This document shows, piece after piece, positions 6,755-15,791 of a DNA stretch of 64,000 nucleotides. A model generated the notes under the pieces. The model was not told the origin of the DNA. It saw nothing but the letters and a program-made list of their open reading frames with translations, and searched no databases. The stretch lies in the IMG/VR virus record IMGVR_UViG_3300018424_000013; one strand, given 5' to 3'. Within the stretch, counting starts at the first letter, position 1; each line of letters starts with the position of its first letter. This DNA comes from an uncultured virus (IMG/VR IMGVR_UViG_3300018424_000013) (Duplodnaviria; Heunggongvirae; Uroviricota; Caudoviricetes). The translations under genes were made by a program, and so were the position numbers.

Positions 6755-9256
6755 TTATCCGCATGCGCCAAATCCACAAGAAGTACAAGTTTGACAGCCT
6801 TCTTGATAAACTAAAGTGCCTTCTGCTCCACAGTTTTCGCAAATAGAAACACTTGCCTTAGTACCATCAACTATATAATTTTTAAGTACACGAGCAATAA
6901 CTTTTGAAAAAGAAAATAAGTCAGCTTCTTTATCTTTTTGCATTTGTTCTACTAAAAACTGTACAGGGACACCATGGCGCAATGAAGTAGAAATTACACG
7001 TGTATAACCGGCATGATTAGGATTATCAAATACTGAAACAACATCTTTTATTACCAACTCTTCATCACCTTCACCAATTAGCAAATCATATTTACTATTT
7101 TGAGTTTTGAAAGATCTCTTTACTAGCGTTGCTTTTTTATGTTTTCTAGGTATTTCTATTAAATCAGCTTTCCCGCCTATTACTTCGTAAGGCTTGTTAT
7201 CCATTAGTCCTACTAAAACAACCCACTTTTCACCTTTAACACTAGTATGCACAATATTGCATTCCAAAGTCTCAGGTCTCTTAGGTGCATGTCTTTCAAC
7301 GATACTAGTTGTTCTATCTTCTTTTTTATCATCAGCAGAAACAAGAACACCACTTCTAGAACCATCCCTGTAAACAGTAATCCCTTTACATCCAAGCTCC
7401 CAGCCCATCATGTATATATCTTTTACTGTCTCTACGTCTATATCATTTGGAAGATTAGTTGTATTACTTATAGCATGACATATCCACTTTTGAGCTGCAG
7501 CTTGCAATTTAACTTTTGCTCGCCAATCAATTTCGTTTGCTGTTGCACCTGCATAAGGACTGTGAGAAACTGCTATAGATAAATCATCTGCGTGCCAATC
7601 ACACTCAGGATCAGTAGAATCCATCCAATCTTTGAACTTGTGATGGTATACATAATACTCTTGCCACTTATCACCTAAGTCATCAACAAAATCTACTTTA
7701 GCATCTTTGTCTTGTGGATTAATCTTTCTTCTTCTTTTATAATACAACATGAATGCAGGCTCAATACCAGAAGAAGTTTGTGTTAAACAAGATACTGATC
7801 CAGCTGGGGCTGTAGTTGTATTTGCAATATTTCTACGACCATATTCATTATAAGTCTCAATGTCTTCATCTTCTAAATGTTCGAAAATTCTATCTAAAAA
7901 TGGATGACTTATTTCCTTTTCAATGTCAAATATAGGGAATGCACCACGTTCTTTAGCTAACTTTATAGATTCCTTGTAAGAATATATTGCTAAATTTTTA
8001 TAAATGTTCTCAACAAAATCAACTGACTTTTCACCATATTGAAGACCTACCATAGCTATGGCGTCACCTAAACCAGTAATACCTAAACCTGTGCGTCTAC
8101 CATTAATGGCAGCTTGTCTTATATTGTGCCACAGTGATCTTTCATAATATTTCACTTCATCTGGCTCTTCATCTCTGTCTATTTTGGCAAGAATTTTATC
8201 AATTTGTTCTATTTCTAAGTCAATCATATTGTCCATTAATCTCTGTGCCTTTCTAACAACAGTGCCATATTTTTCAAAATCAAAAGTGGCCTCCGTTGAC
8301 CAAGCATTATCGACAAAATTAGTAAGATTAACAAGCATAAGTCTACAGCTATCGTATGGAGACAAAATAATTTCACCGCATGGATTAGTACTAGTTGAAG
8401 CAAAACCATCTGTAGAGTATATGTCTGAAGGCGTCATTCTTGTAGCAGTATCCCAAAACAATACTCCGGGCTCTGCAGAAGCATGTGCACAAGTTATCAA
8501 CTCATTCCAAACTTCCATCGCGTAGACATCAGTATTCACAATTTCTGGTTCAATAGCATCTATCGGCCACCTCTGTTCATATCGCTGACCAAGTTTAACT
8601 GCTTCCATAAATTCGTCTGTAACCCTGACAGAGATGTTTGCACCAGTTACCTTTTTTAAATCTTGCTTTATTTTAATAAAATCTAAAACTTGTGGATGGT
8701 GAACTGAAATAGATAACATTAGTGCGCCTCTTCTTCCGCCTTGTGCAACTTCACGGCAAGAATTAGAAAATCTTTCCATAAATAACTCTATACCATCTGT
8801 ACTTCTTGCAGCATTTTCACACGACAATCCACGTGGTCTTATATTCGATATGTCAAAACCAACACCACCACGTCTTTTCATAATCTGGACTTGTTCTTGA
8901 TCTGATTTTAAAATACCAGCATATGAATCATGTGGCGACTCAACAACAAAACAATTAGATATTGATTGTATTTGAAACTGATTGCCAATACCACTCATTG
9001 GTGACCCTTGTGGCACAATGTATTTAAAATCTTTTAGATAACCATATATTTCATCTTCACTCATTGCATTAGGGTATTTTTCTTCTACCCGCGCAAATTC
9101 CTTAGCTAAACGCTTATGCATATCATCGGGTGTTAATTCAAAATAATTGTCTTCTAAATCTCGAAGAGCATATTTTGTTACAAACACATTAGCTGCAAGA
9201 TCATCTCCTTTGAAATACTCCAGTGTTTTTTCTAAAACTTGTTCTTTATTGTACAT
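6755..9256 (-). CDS. nrdJ: class II (adenosylcobalamin-dependent) ribonucleotide reductase
   Basis: SNCFV, GGVG.DIS, GGRRGALM, TNPCGE, RRTGLG, TTAPAGS, GCKGITVYRDGSR, C-terminal CENC..EGCQTCTSCG; no nrdB partner nearby. Confidence 0.9.
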   Translation of the reverse strand: MYNKEQVLEKTLEYFKGDDLAANVFVTKYALRDLEDNYFELTPDDMHKRLAKEFARVEEKYPNAMSEDEIYGYLKDFKYIVPQGSPMSGIGNQFQIQSISNCFVVESPHDSYAGILKSDQEQVQIMKRRGGVGFDISNIRPRGLSCENAARSTDGIELFMERFSNSCREVAQGGRRGALMLSISVHHPQVLDFIKIKQDLKKVTGANISVRVTDEFMEAVKLGQRYEQRWPIDAIEPEIVNTDVYAMEVWNELITCAHASAEPGVLFWDTATRMTPSDIYSTDGFASTSTNPCGEIILSPYDSCRLMLVNLTNFVDNAWSTEATFDFEKYGTVVRKAQRLMDNMIDLEIEQIDKILAKIDRDEEPDEVKYYERSLWHNIRQAAINGRRTGLGITGLGDAIAMVGLQYGEKSVDFVENIYKNLAIYSYKESIKLAKERGAFPIFDIEKEISHPFLDRIFEHLEDEDIETYNEYGRRNIANTTTAPAGSVSCLTQTSSGIEPAFMLYYKRRRKINPQDKDAKVDFVDDLGDKWQEYYVYHHKFKDWMDSTDPECDWHADDLSIAVSHSPYAGATANEIDWRAKVKLQAAAQKWICHAISNTTNLPNDIDVETVKDIYMMGWELGCKGITVYRDGSRSGVLVSADDKKEDRTTSIVERHAPKRPETLECNIVHTSVKGEKWVVLVGLMDNKPYEVIGGKADLIEIPRKHKKATLVKRSFKTQNSKYDLLIGEGDEELVIKDVVSVFDNPNHAGYTRVISTSLRHGVPVQFLVEQMQKDKEADLFSFSKVIARVLKNYIVDGTKASVSICENCGAEGTLVYQEGCQTCTSCGFGACG

Positions 9257-9257
9257 A

Positions 9258-10676
9258 CTAAAACTCCTTCTCTTTTTGAATTTCTTTCCACACTTCCTTT
9301 AACTGTTTTTTAGGGTTTAAGGCTAGTATTTCATCTTCACTAAGTGTTCGGAACTTAGATTTAGATGTATCAATATTGATATGCATTTGTATACCATCCA
9401 TACCCGCTCTATTTTTTGCAACGAAAAGTCTAGCAGTCCCCAGTGCCTTTTCTTCAGGTTTTCTACTTAGACCTAAAACGACATCAGATACTTGCGCTTT
9501 TCCATAAGATTCCCCCATGTTTTCTAAGCCAACTAAATCAGCATTAGCACCATTCTTGTTGGATTGACTTGCAGTCCAAACAGGTACATTAAAATCAGCT
9601 GCTAGTTGTCTTAGCTCTTCATAAATTAACATTAATTCATGTCTTAATGCGTCGTATTCTTTAGTAGAACGCATTACGTCTGCATAATCAACAATAACCA
9701 ATGATGGTATTTTTCCTCTTAATTTTAGTTTGTCCAGGTGATTGCGTAAAGTATTAACACTCGCTGTCCTGGTTGGATAATATTTTATTGTCAAACTACC
9801 AAAATCTTCATTGTCCTTATATAATTCTCTAACTTTGTCTTGATTTTCTTTTAACTTTAAGTCTGATACACTAATATTACAAAGGTTTGCATCATATCTT
9901 TTACCAGTTAAATGTTCACTTAATTCAAAACTATAATGTACAACGTGTTTGCCTCTTTTTACTGCTTCGGCGCCCATTGCTACTAACCAATGTGATTTAC
10001 CAACACCAGTCGGTGCTACAATTACGCCTAACTCACCTCTGCCTAAACCACCATCTAAAACTTCAGGTTTATCGAGTTGTTCTAGTCCTGTCGGTGAAGT
10101 TATACGCTGTATTTCTTGAAACCTTGATTCCATATCTTCGAAAAAATCGTGACCAATTGTCGATGGCATACCAACTGAAACAGCTTTTCTCATAAGGTCA
10201 ACAACAGATTCAAACTTTTCGCCTTGCACTAATTCAACAGCACTAGTCAAAGCAGCTTTAAATGCTTGTCTTTTGCAAAAATCTAAACTTTTGTCTTTTA
10301 CGTATGGCAAATCTTCAGGATTAGGATTTAATCGCATTCTTTTTATAAATTGAATGATTTGATCTCTTAACAATGTGTCACTGTTATCAGTTGTTAAATC
10401 TTCTCTTACCATATCTAACAATATTTGCATTGTAGGAAAACATCTATACTTGTCAAAATAAGAAAAGTACTTTTCACACAAATATTGCAAATATTTCAAG
10501 TCAAAAAAATCTGGCTTCATTACTTCATGCATTTGCTGTGCCCAATTTTTATCAATAGCCAAACCTTGAAAAATCTTTTCTTGAAAACTCTTTCCATAAT
10601 GTTTAAATGAAGTGTTTTCGTCACCAATAATGGGTTTTAATACAGCTGCTTGTTGCAGCGCTGCTGATTTGCTCAT
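9258..10676 (-). CDS. DnaB-like replicative helicase (T4 gp41-like)
   Basis: Walker A APTGVGKS, SFEL, IVDYAD, WTASQ, KNRAG. Confidence 0.93.
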   Translation of the reverse strand: MSKSAALQQAAVLKPIIGDENTSFKHYGKSFQEKIFQGLAIDKNWAQQMHEVMKPDFFDLKYLQYLCEKYFSYFDKYRCFPTMQILLDMVREDLTTDNSDTLLRDQIIQFIKRMRLNPNPEDLPYVKDKSLDFCKRQAFKAALTSAVELVQGEKFESVVDLMRKAVSVGMPSTIGHDFFEDMESRFQEIQRITSPTGLEQLDKPEVLDGGLGRGELGVIVAPTGVGKSHWLVAMGAEAVKRGKHVVHYSFELSEHLTGKRYDANLCNISVSDLKLKENQDKVRELYKDNEDFGSLTIKYYPTRTASVNTLRNHLDKLKLRGKIPSLVIVDYADVMRSTKEYDALRHELMLIYEELRQLAADFNVPVWTASQSNKNGANADLVGLENMGESYGKAQVSDVVLGLSRKPEEKALGTARLFVAKNRAGMDGIQMHINIDTSKSKFRTLSEDEILALNPKKQLKEVWKEIQKEKEF

Positions 10677-10702
10677 AAAAGCTCCTTATAATCGTTTGTT
10701 AG

Positions 10703-11668
10703 TTATTTTATAGATGCGTTGAGATTATAATATATACGGTCTATGTTAATTTTATTAGGAAAAGTTACGCCTTCAGTAATTAAATCTCTCATCATTGAGA
10801 TTTTATCATTTTTGTGTTCAGCATTCTCGTATGAATACTTTAACTGATCTATGTGTGTGGCACTTAAATTACTGACGTCTAAATACATAATTTTCCAATT
10901 CCTCTTCGGCACATCCCTGTTTTCAAGTATATCTCGATATAACTTAATTTTTGGGAATTGCTCTGCTTTAACTTCACACAATTTAATTATATCATCAACA
11001 CTTAAGAACCGATTTTCTTTCAATTCAGGTATTCTCTTTACCAGCGTTTTGAAACCGCAACCTTTTATGCCTGGTATCGCATCAGACTTATCGCCAATAA
11101 ATGCCCGAGCTGTAATAAAATTCTCAAAATATATGTCAAACTTACTTTCTACATCATAGTGCGTAACCATTTTTTTACCGGCCGGACTATATTGTGTGAC
11201 ATTTTTACCTAAAAGCTGATACATATCTTGGTCAGATGATGCAATAACAATTTGATCATCTTTATCGTATGCATATCTAGCTAAATAACCTATTATATCA
11301 TCTGCTTCGCATTCTGATACATACATTTGTTTTACTGGCATATGTTTTAACAATCTAGTGCATAATGCTACTTGGTAATTAAAATTTTCTCTAGTGTCAG
11401 GAATGTCTTCATATATATCGCTTCTATTTAATTTTATTGGTTTTCTACCAGTTTTATATTCGGGCAATATTTTTCTTCTTCTGGCAGATCCACCACCTTC
11501 CCAGCATATTACTATTTCATTAGGACTAAATTTACTAGCTAACACACCAAGAGATTTTAAAAATCCCAAAGTACCGCCAATATGTTGGCCATTTTCACTC
11601 ATAGATGGGTTAACTGCGTAAGAACGTGCAAATATGTTATATGCATCAACTAATAATATTTTTTTCAT
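10703..11668 (-). CDS. 5'-3' exonuclease / RNase H (PolI N-terminal/FEN family)
   Basis: LLVDAYN, R.KILPEYK.GR, EADDIIG, SSDQDMYQL, GDKSDAIPGIKGCGFKT. Confidence 0.92.
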   Translation of the reverse strand: MKKILLVDAYNIFARSYAVNPSMSENGQHIGGTLGFLKSLGVLASKFSPNEIVICWEGGGSARRRKILPEYKTGRKPIKLNRSDIYEDIPDTRENFNYQVALCTRLLKHMPVKQMYVSECEADDIIGYLARYAYDKDDQIVIASSDQDMYQLLGKNVTQYSPAGKKMVTHYDVESKFDIYFENFITARAFIGDKSDAIPGIKGCGFKTLVKRIPELKENRFLSVDDIIKLCEVKAEQFPKIKLYRDILENRDVPKRNWKIMYLDVSNLSATHIDQLKYSYENAEHKNDKISMMRDLITEGVTFPNKINIDRIYYNLNASIK

Positions 11669-12843
11669 TAAATCTCCAAATCATCGGTTAGGGTTTGACT
11701 AAGTTGTTTCATTTCTTCATAACTTTCAGCATCGATGTCCATATTGTCAACAAGGCCTAACTTAGCTTTCATTGCACTGTTAACAATAGCATCAATATAA
11801 TCTTTGTACTCTTCATCATTTATAACATTGATAAAATCAGCTTTATAAAATTTCTTTTCTGTTAAAACTTCACCGGTTGATTTGTCAACTACAGTTAAAG
11901 ATTTCCATGCACCAGTACCTGATAATGACAATAATTTATCATCATAATCAACATCACCATCTTTACAGTGTATTCTTAAAACATCAAACAGCTCTTCATG
12001 CTCAAATATACCTTTTCCAAAATGTATTTGAAAGTTGCAACTTCTAAATGGTGGTGCTATTTTGTTTTTAATTGTTTTAGCCGAGACATTAATGCCCATA
12101 ACATTCCCGGCTTTGTCTTTGATTTGTTGTCCCGCTCCCAATTTGATTCGTACAGATGAGTGAAAAGGGATTGCCTTACCTCCGGGTGTAGTAGTAGGAT
12201 CGCCATACATAACTCCAATTTTTTCTCTAATTTGATTTAAACATAAAAATAGTACTTTTTGATTTGCGATTACGCCAGTAATCTTTCTCATCCCTTTAGA
12301 TATGGCACGAGCATTCAAACCGATGCTTTCTTTATCATAATCACCTAATAATTCTGCTTTTGGTGAAGTAGCTGCAACGGAGTCCCAAATAATAGTAACT
12401 GGCACGTCTTTATTCATTGCTTTTGCTTTTAAAATAGTCGACTCTGCAATGGATAGTACTTCTTCTGTACAATGCGTGTCTACATAAACAAATCTCGTCT
12501 TTATGTCTACGCCAAGTAGACCTAGATTTTCAACAGATGTTGCATTTTCAGTATCGATATATACAACGACTCCACCTTTCTCTTGTGTGCTTCTTGCTAT
12601 CTGTATAGCAATATGACTTTTACCAATACTAGGTGGGCCAAATATTTCTACTATTCTACCTACGGGAAGACCACCATTGGGTTTTCCAGATATCATATAA
12701 TCTAACTGTTTTGAACCCGTAGATATCCAATCACTTACGTGTGTTGGAGATTGGTCAACAGATAAATTGTATGCTACACGCGTGCCATGTTCTTTGTTCA
12801 ACGACTTAATTAAGTCAGATGTAAAATCGTTAGTCTTACCCAT
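11668..12843 (-). CDS. recA: RecA/UvsX recombinase
   Basis: ISTGS..LD, GLPVGRIVEIFGPPSIGKS, YIDTE, WDSVAA, NQIREKIGVMYGDPTTTPGG, KNKIAPPF. Confidence 0.96.
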   Translation of the reverse strand: MGKTNDFTSDLIKSLNKEHGTRVAYNLSVDQSPTHVSDWISTGSKQLDYMISGKPNGGLPVGRIVEIFGPPSIGKSHIAIQIARSTQEKGGVVVYIDTENATSVENLGLLGVDIKTRFVYVDTHCTEEVLSIAESTILKAKAMNKDVPVTIIWDSVAATSPKAELLGDYDKESIGLNARAISKGMRKITGVIANQKVLFLCLNQIREKIGVMYGDPTTTPGGKAIPFHSSVRIKLGAGQQIKDKAGNVMGINVSAKTIKNKIAPPFRSCNFQIHFGKGIFEHEELFDVLRIHCKDGDVDYDDKLLSLSGTGAWKSLTVVDKSTGEVLTEKKFYKADFINVINDEEYKDYIDAIVNSAMKAKLGLVDNMDIDAESYEEMKQLSQTLTDDLEI

Positions 12844-12905
12844 AAATACTCCTTTTTTAATAATATATTGTATTGTCTAAAACACAATTGTCTAAAAGAT
12901 TTAAT

Positions 12906-12933
12906 AAAAAAGAGGGAATATAAATTCCCTCTT
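12906..12933 (-). terminator. intrinsic terminator after SSB gene
   Basis: 10-bp stem AAGAGGGAAT/ATTCCCTCTT with U-tract on minus strand. Confidence 0.75.
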
Positions 12934-12963
12934 AGTGCATTTACCAGAAATATATGCTATAGA

Positions 12964-13737
12964 TTAAAAACCTAAATCAATATCCTTAAACGCTTTATCT
13001 AAATCAGATTCAGTATCACTGCTTGAACTACTGGTGCTTGTAGAAGTACTAGAACTTTCGAATTTTGTTGTTTCAGTTTCATCATCATCACCATTCAACC
13101 AAGCATTAATAATGTTACTTAACTCATCATAAGATTTTAATGAATAAATATCATCTAACTCAGGTATAGAATCAGACCACTCTTTTACTTGTGCTTTTGT
13201 ACCCAAAGGAGTATTTTTAGGTCTCGCTCTGACTTCAGTAGTAGCCCATTGCTGCCCAGGGTTTTTAGAACAATAAACTTTAATATCATGACCATCTGAA
13301 ATATCAGTGATATCACCGTAATCAGGATCAAGCATAATATTCAAAAGAGACTGATAAACCATTTTTCCAAATGACCAAAGTTTTACACCTTCATCTTCTT
13401 GTCCTCTTACAATAACAGCAGCAAAACTTCTCATTTTAGGGTAAAGTTTTTTAGCCATTTCATATGATTCTTTTGTTCCATCTGATTTCAACTTTTGAAT
13501 AAGCTCATTAATTGGATCAGGTTTTCCAAATTGATAAGGTGCTAAAAGACCAGGGTTGTTACCAATATTATAGTAAAACCAACGTTCCTTAAAAGGAGTG
13601 CCATCATTGTCAGTAAATGCAATAATACGCACAACGTGTTCTTCACCTTCTTCAGGTCGCCACATTACGTTTCTTTTGCTAGAGTTTCCAGATAGTTGAT
13701 TTAATTTTTTGCGAATAGCGTCCATATCTATCGACAT
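12964..13737 (-). CDS. single-stranded DNA-binding protein (T4 gp32-like)
   Basis: WRPEEG..VRI, DPINE, GVKLWSFGK, DYGDITD..GHD, Ser-rich linker and acidic C-terminus; sits upstream of recA and helicase. Confidence 0.85.
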   Translation of the reverse strand: MSIDMDAIRKKLNQLSGNSSKRNVMWRPEEGEEHVVRIIAFTDNDGTPFKERWFYYNIGNNPGLLAPYQFGKPDPINELIQKLKSDGTKESYEMAKKLYPKMRSFAAVIVRGQEDEGVKLWSFGKMVYQSLLNIMLDPDYGDITDISDGHDIKVYCSKNPGQQWATTEVRARPKNTPLGTKAQVKEWSDSIPELDDIYSLKSYDELSNIINAWLNGDDDETETTKFESSSTSTSTSSSSSDTESDLDKAFKDIDLGF

Positions 13738-13802
13738 AAATACACCTCCAAATGTGTAAATTTTTAAATGTTTTGTAACGTTATCAACACGATAACTTTA
13801 TT

Positions 13803-13831
13803 ATTATATTTACACCATTGGAGTTGTATAA
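13803..13831 (-). promoter_or_regulatory. sigma70-like promoter for SSB operon
   Basis: TTATAC-N17-TATAAT on minus strand. Confidence 0.55.
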
Positions 13832-13838
13832 AATATAT

Positions 13839-14096
13839 TTAATATTTTCTTTCCGGGTCTGGATTAAATGCTGGGCCAACTACACCAGCTATTCCGCCAA
13901 CAACACTTGCTTCATCAACATCCTCGTCATAAACATCATCATACGGATCTTTTTCATTTTCCCGGTCTTCTTTAACGTCTGGCTCTATTAACAAATCATC
14001 TTCATCACCCATCTCATGCACATCATCCGGATCATAAGCTTCAATTATAATTTTTCTAATATACTCACGTATTTTTTCAATCATGGTTTTCTCCAA
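13839..14096 (-). CDS. small acidic hypothetical protein (possible head-internal protein)
   Basis: IREYIRKIIIE helix followed by an acidic tract. Confidence 0.65.
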   Translation of the reverse strand: MEKTMIEKIREYIRKIIIEAYDPDDVHEMGDEDDLLIEPDVKEDRENEKDPYDDVYDEDVDEASVVGGIAGVVGPAFNPDPERKY

Positions 14097-14099
14097 CTA

Positions 14100-14702
14100 T
14101 CAAAATCTTACCGGTTGCGCAATGCCCCAGTTTTTTGCTCTGTTTGCAAAATAAATAATTAAATGTGTTTGACCGGGAATTGCTTCTATTCTCAAGTGTC
14201 TATCAAGAAAAGTCTTTTGACCTTTTATTTGATTTATTCTGTGCTTTGCTTTGATAGTATCTTTAATCCAAAAAGCAACGTTGCTAGGAGAATAACCAAA
14301 AGCGAATGTATTAACCTCAAAAAGCACACCCTTTTGTCCAGTGTTACTTTCAACTAATGTAGCTTTATCAATAACTTGTTGAATGTCTTGATGTTTTGCA
14401 AAACCTTCAACAAAAACATGTGAAAGTAAATCACCAAAATTATTTCCATTATATGTATAATCGATATTAAATTCACGCATTAATTTAGCCGGATTTGTTT
14501 CAGAAGCCAATCTATATTTCTTAGCTATTTCATCATACTTCTTACCAACTAGTGCACTTTCCGTTGAAGCAGCTAATTTTTTAATTGGGGTTGAATTATT
14601 TTTAGGCTTTGGTTTTGGCTTTGGTTTAGGCGTTGTTGTTTTACTACCCGAGCCACTTCCCCCGGTTGTTTCTGCTATTATGTAATCATATAAACTACTC
14701 AT
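14100..14702 (-). CDS. hypothetical protein
   Basis: 200-aa ORF with GSGSGS/PKPKPKPKP linker; tightly packed in operon. Confidence 0.7.
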   Translation of the reverse strand: MSSLYDYIIAETTGGSGSGSKTTTPKPKPKPKPKNNSTPIKKLAASTESALVGKKYDEIAKKYRLASETNPAKLMREFNIDYTYNGNNFGDLLSHVFVEGFAKHQDIQQVIDKATLVESNTGQKGVLFEVNTFAFGYSPSNVAFWIKDTIKAKHRINQIKGQKTFLDRHLRIEAIPGQTHLIIYFANRAKNWGIAQPVRF

Positions 14703-15740
14703 TTATATCTCCGTATATTCGACTGGTAAAAATATATCATCCGTAATTTTTAGACTTTTAGGTAAATCTACATCAGTACATTTAAATATTAACGCATCAT
14801 GTATTATCCAGTATGGATCTAACTTATAATTATCTACTAACCAGTTAAAACCTAATAAAGATGCGTCAACTGCTGATGATTGTATGTATATAGCTAATAA
14901 GTTATTTTTATCTGTGTCACTTACATCAACTACACGACCAAAATAATTTTCTATTTTGTTACTCTTTATACTTTTGTGAAGTTGATCATTCCATTCATCA
15001 ACAGCAAATAAATCATTGATTTCTTTTACTTTTGTACCGCCATACAAGCTAGTAATAATTTTTATCTTTAACTTTGATCTTTCTTCTTTTATACCTGTCT
15101 TTTCGCCGACCCAGCTGTATAAATCACCATCTATTTTTATACCTAATATTGCTAACAAAAGCCTAGGCTCCATACTGTTAAAATCTACCTGCATGCAATT
15201 AGCTAACATGTTTCTATAACTCTTTTTCAATGTTAAAACATTTGGTCCATCAACAACAGTCAACCTTCCAGTCTTCGTATTTAACCTAGAATAAACAGGC
15301 GTGTTTAAATGCTTATTAGTCATAACGAAACCCGGAAGATTAACGTTTGATGCATTTATTGCTGCGTATCTAATTCTATCCACCTTTGGTCTTTTTAGCC
15401 GATTTATAAACTTCTCTGTAGTTTCTAAAACAGGTAAATACTTGTGATCATTATATTTTTCTAAAAACTTGTCATACGTATCACAATATCTTTGACATGA
15501 TTCTTTTATAATTGGTGCGGGAATACATCTAGCCAAGTTAGTTGTACTTATGTTTTTACACATTTTCATGTAACTATCTGGGAATAAAGAAGGTATGTTA
15601 AAATCAAATGTTTGCGCTATGTTTTTAAACTCTACAGAACTTGTGTACTCACTTTCTATATCATTTTTCCAAACAAACTTTTTCTTATTATAAGTAAGAT
15701 GTTTTTCAGTGCCAAATATAGATCTATCAAAATATAACAT
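14703..15740 (-). CDS. miniature family-A DNA polymerase-like protein
   Basis: TKTGRL, motif A QVDFNSMEPRLL, motif B-like RSKLKIKIITSLYGG, NYFGR, IQSSAVD, motif C IIHDALIF; GAGG SD before ATG 15740. Confidence 0.8.
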   Translation of the reverse strand: MLYFDRSIFGTEKHLTYNKKKFVWKNDIESEYTSSVEFKNIAQTFDFNIPSLFPDSYMKMCKNISTTNLARCIPAPIIKESCQRYCDTYDKFLEKYNDHKYLPVLETTEKFINRLKRPKVDRIRYAAINASNVNLPGFVMTNKHLNTPVYSRLNTKTGRLTVVDGPNVLTLKKSYRNMLANCMQVDFNSMEPRLLLAILGIKIDGDLYSWVGEKTGIKEERSKLKIKIITSLYGGTKVKEINDLFAVDEWNDQLHKSIKSNKIENYFGRVVDVSDTDKNNLLAIYIQSSAVDASLLGFNWLVDNYKLDPYWIIHDALIFKCTDVDLPKSLKITDDIFLPVEYTEI

Positions 15741-15754
15741 AATCACCTCAGCAA

Positions 15755-15782
15755 ATTATATACGTAAAAAAACAATTTACAA
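15755..15782 (-). promoter_or_regulatory. sigma70-like promoter for mini-PolA
   Basis: TTGTAA-N16-TATAAT. Confidence 0.5.
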
Positions 15783-15791
15783 ATAATCTTT

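Noticed and set aside
6755..12843. Inteins or introns in nrdJ, helicase, recA (also terL)
   Set aside because: Lengths are normal, motifs are contiguous, and no intein or homing-endonuclease motifs were seen
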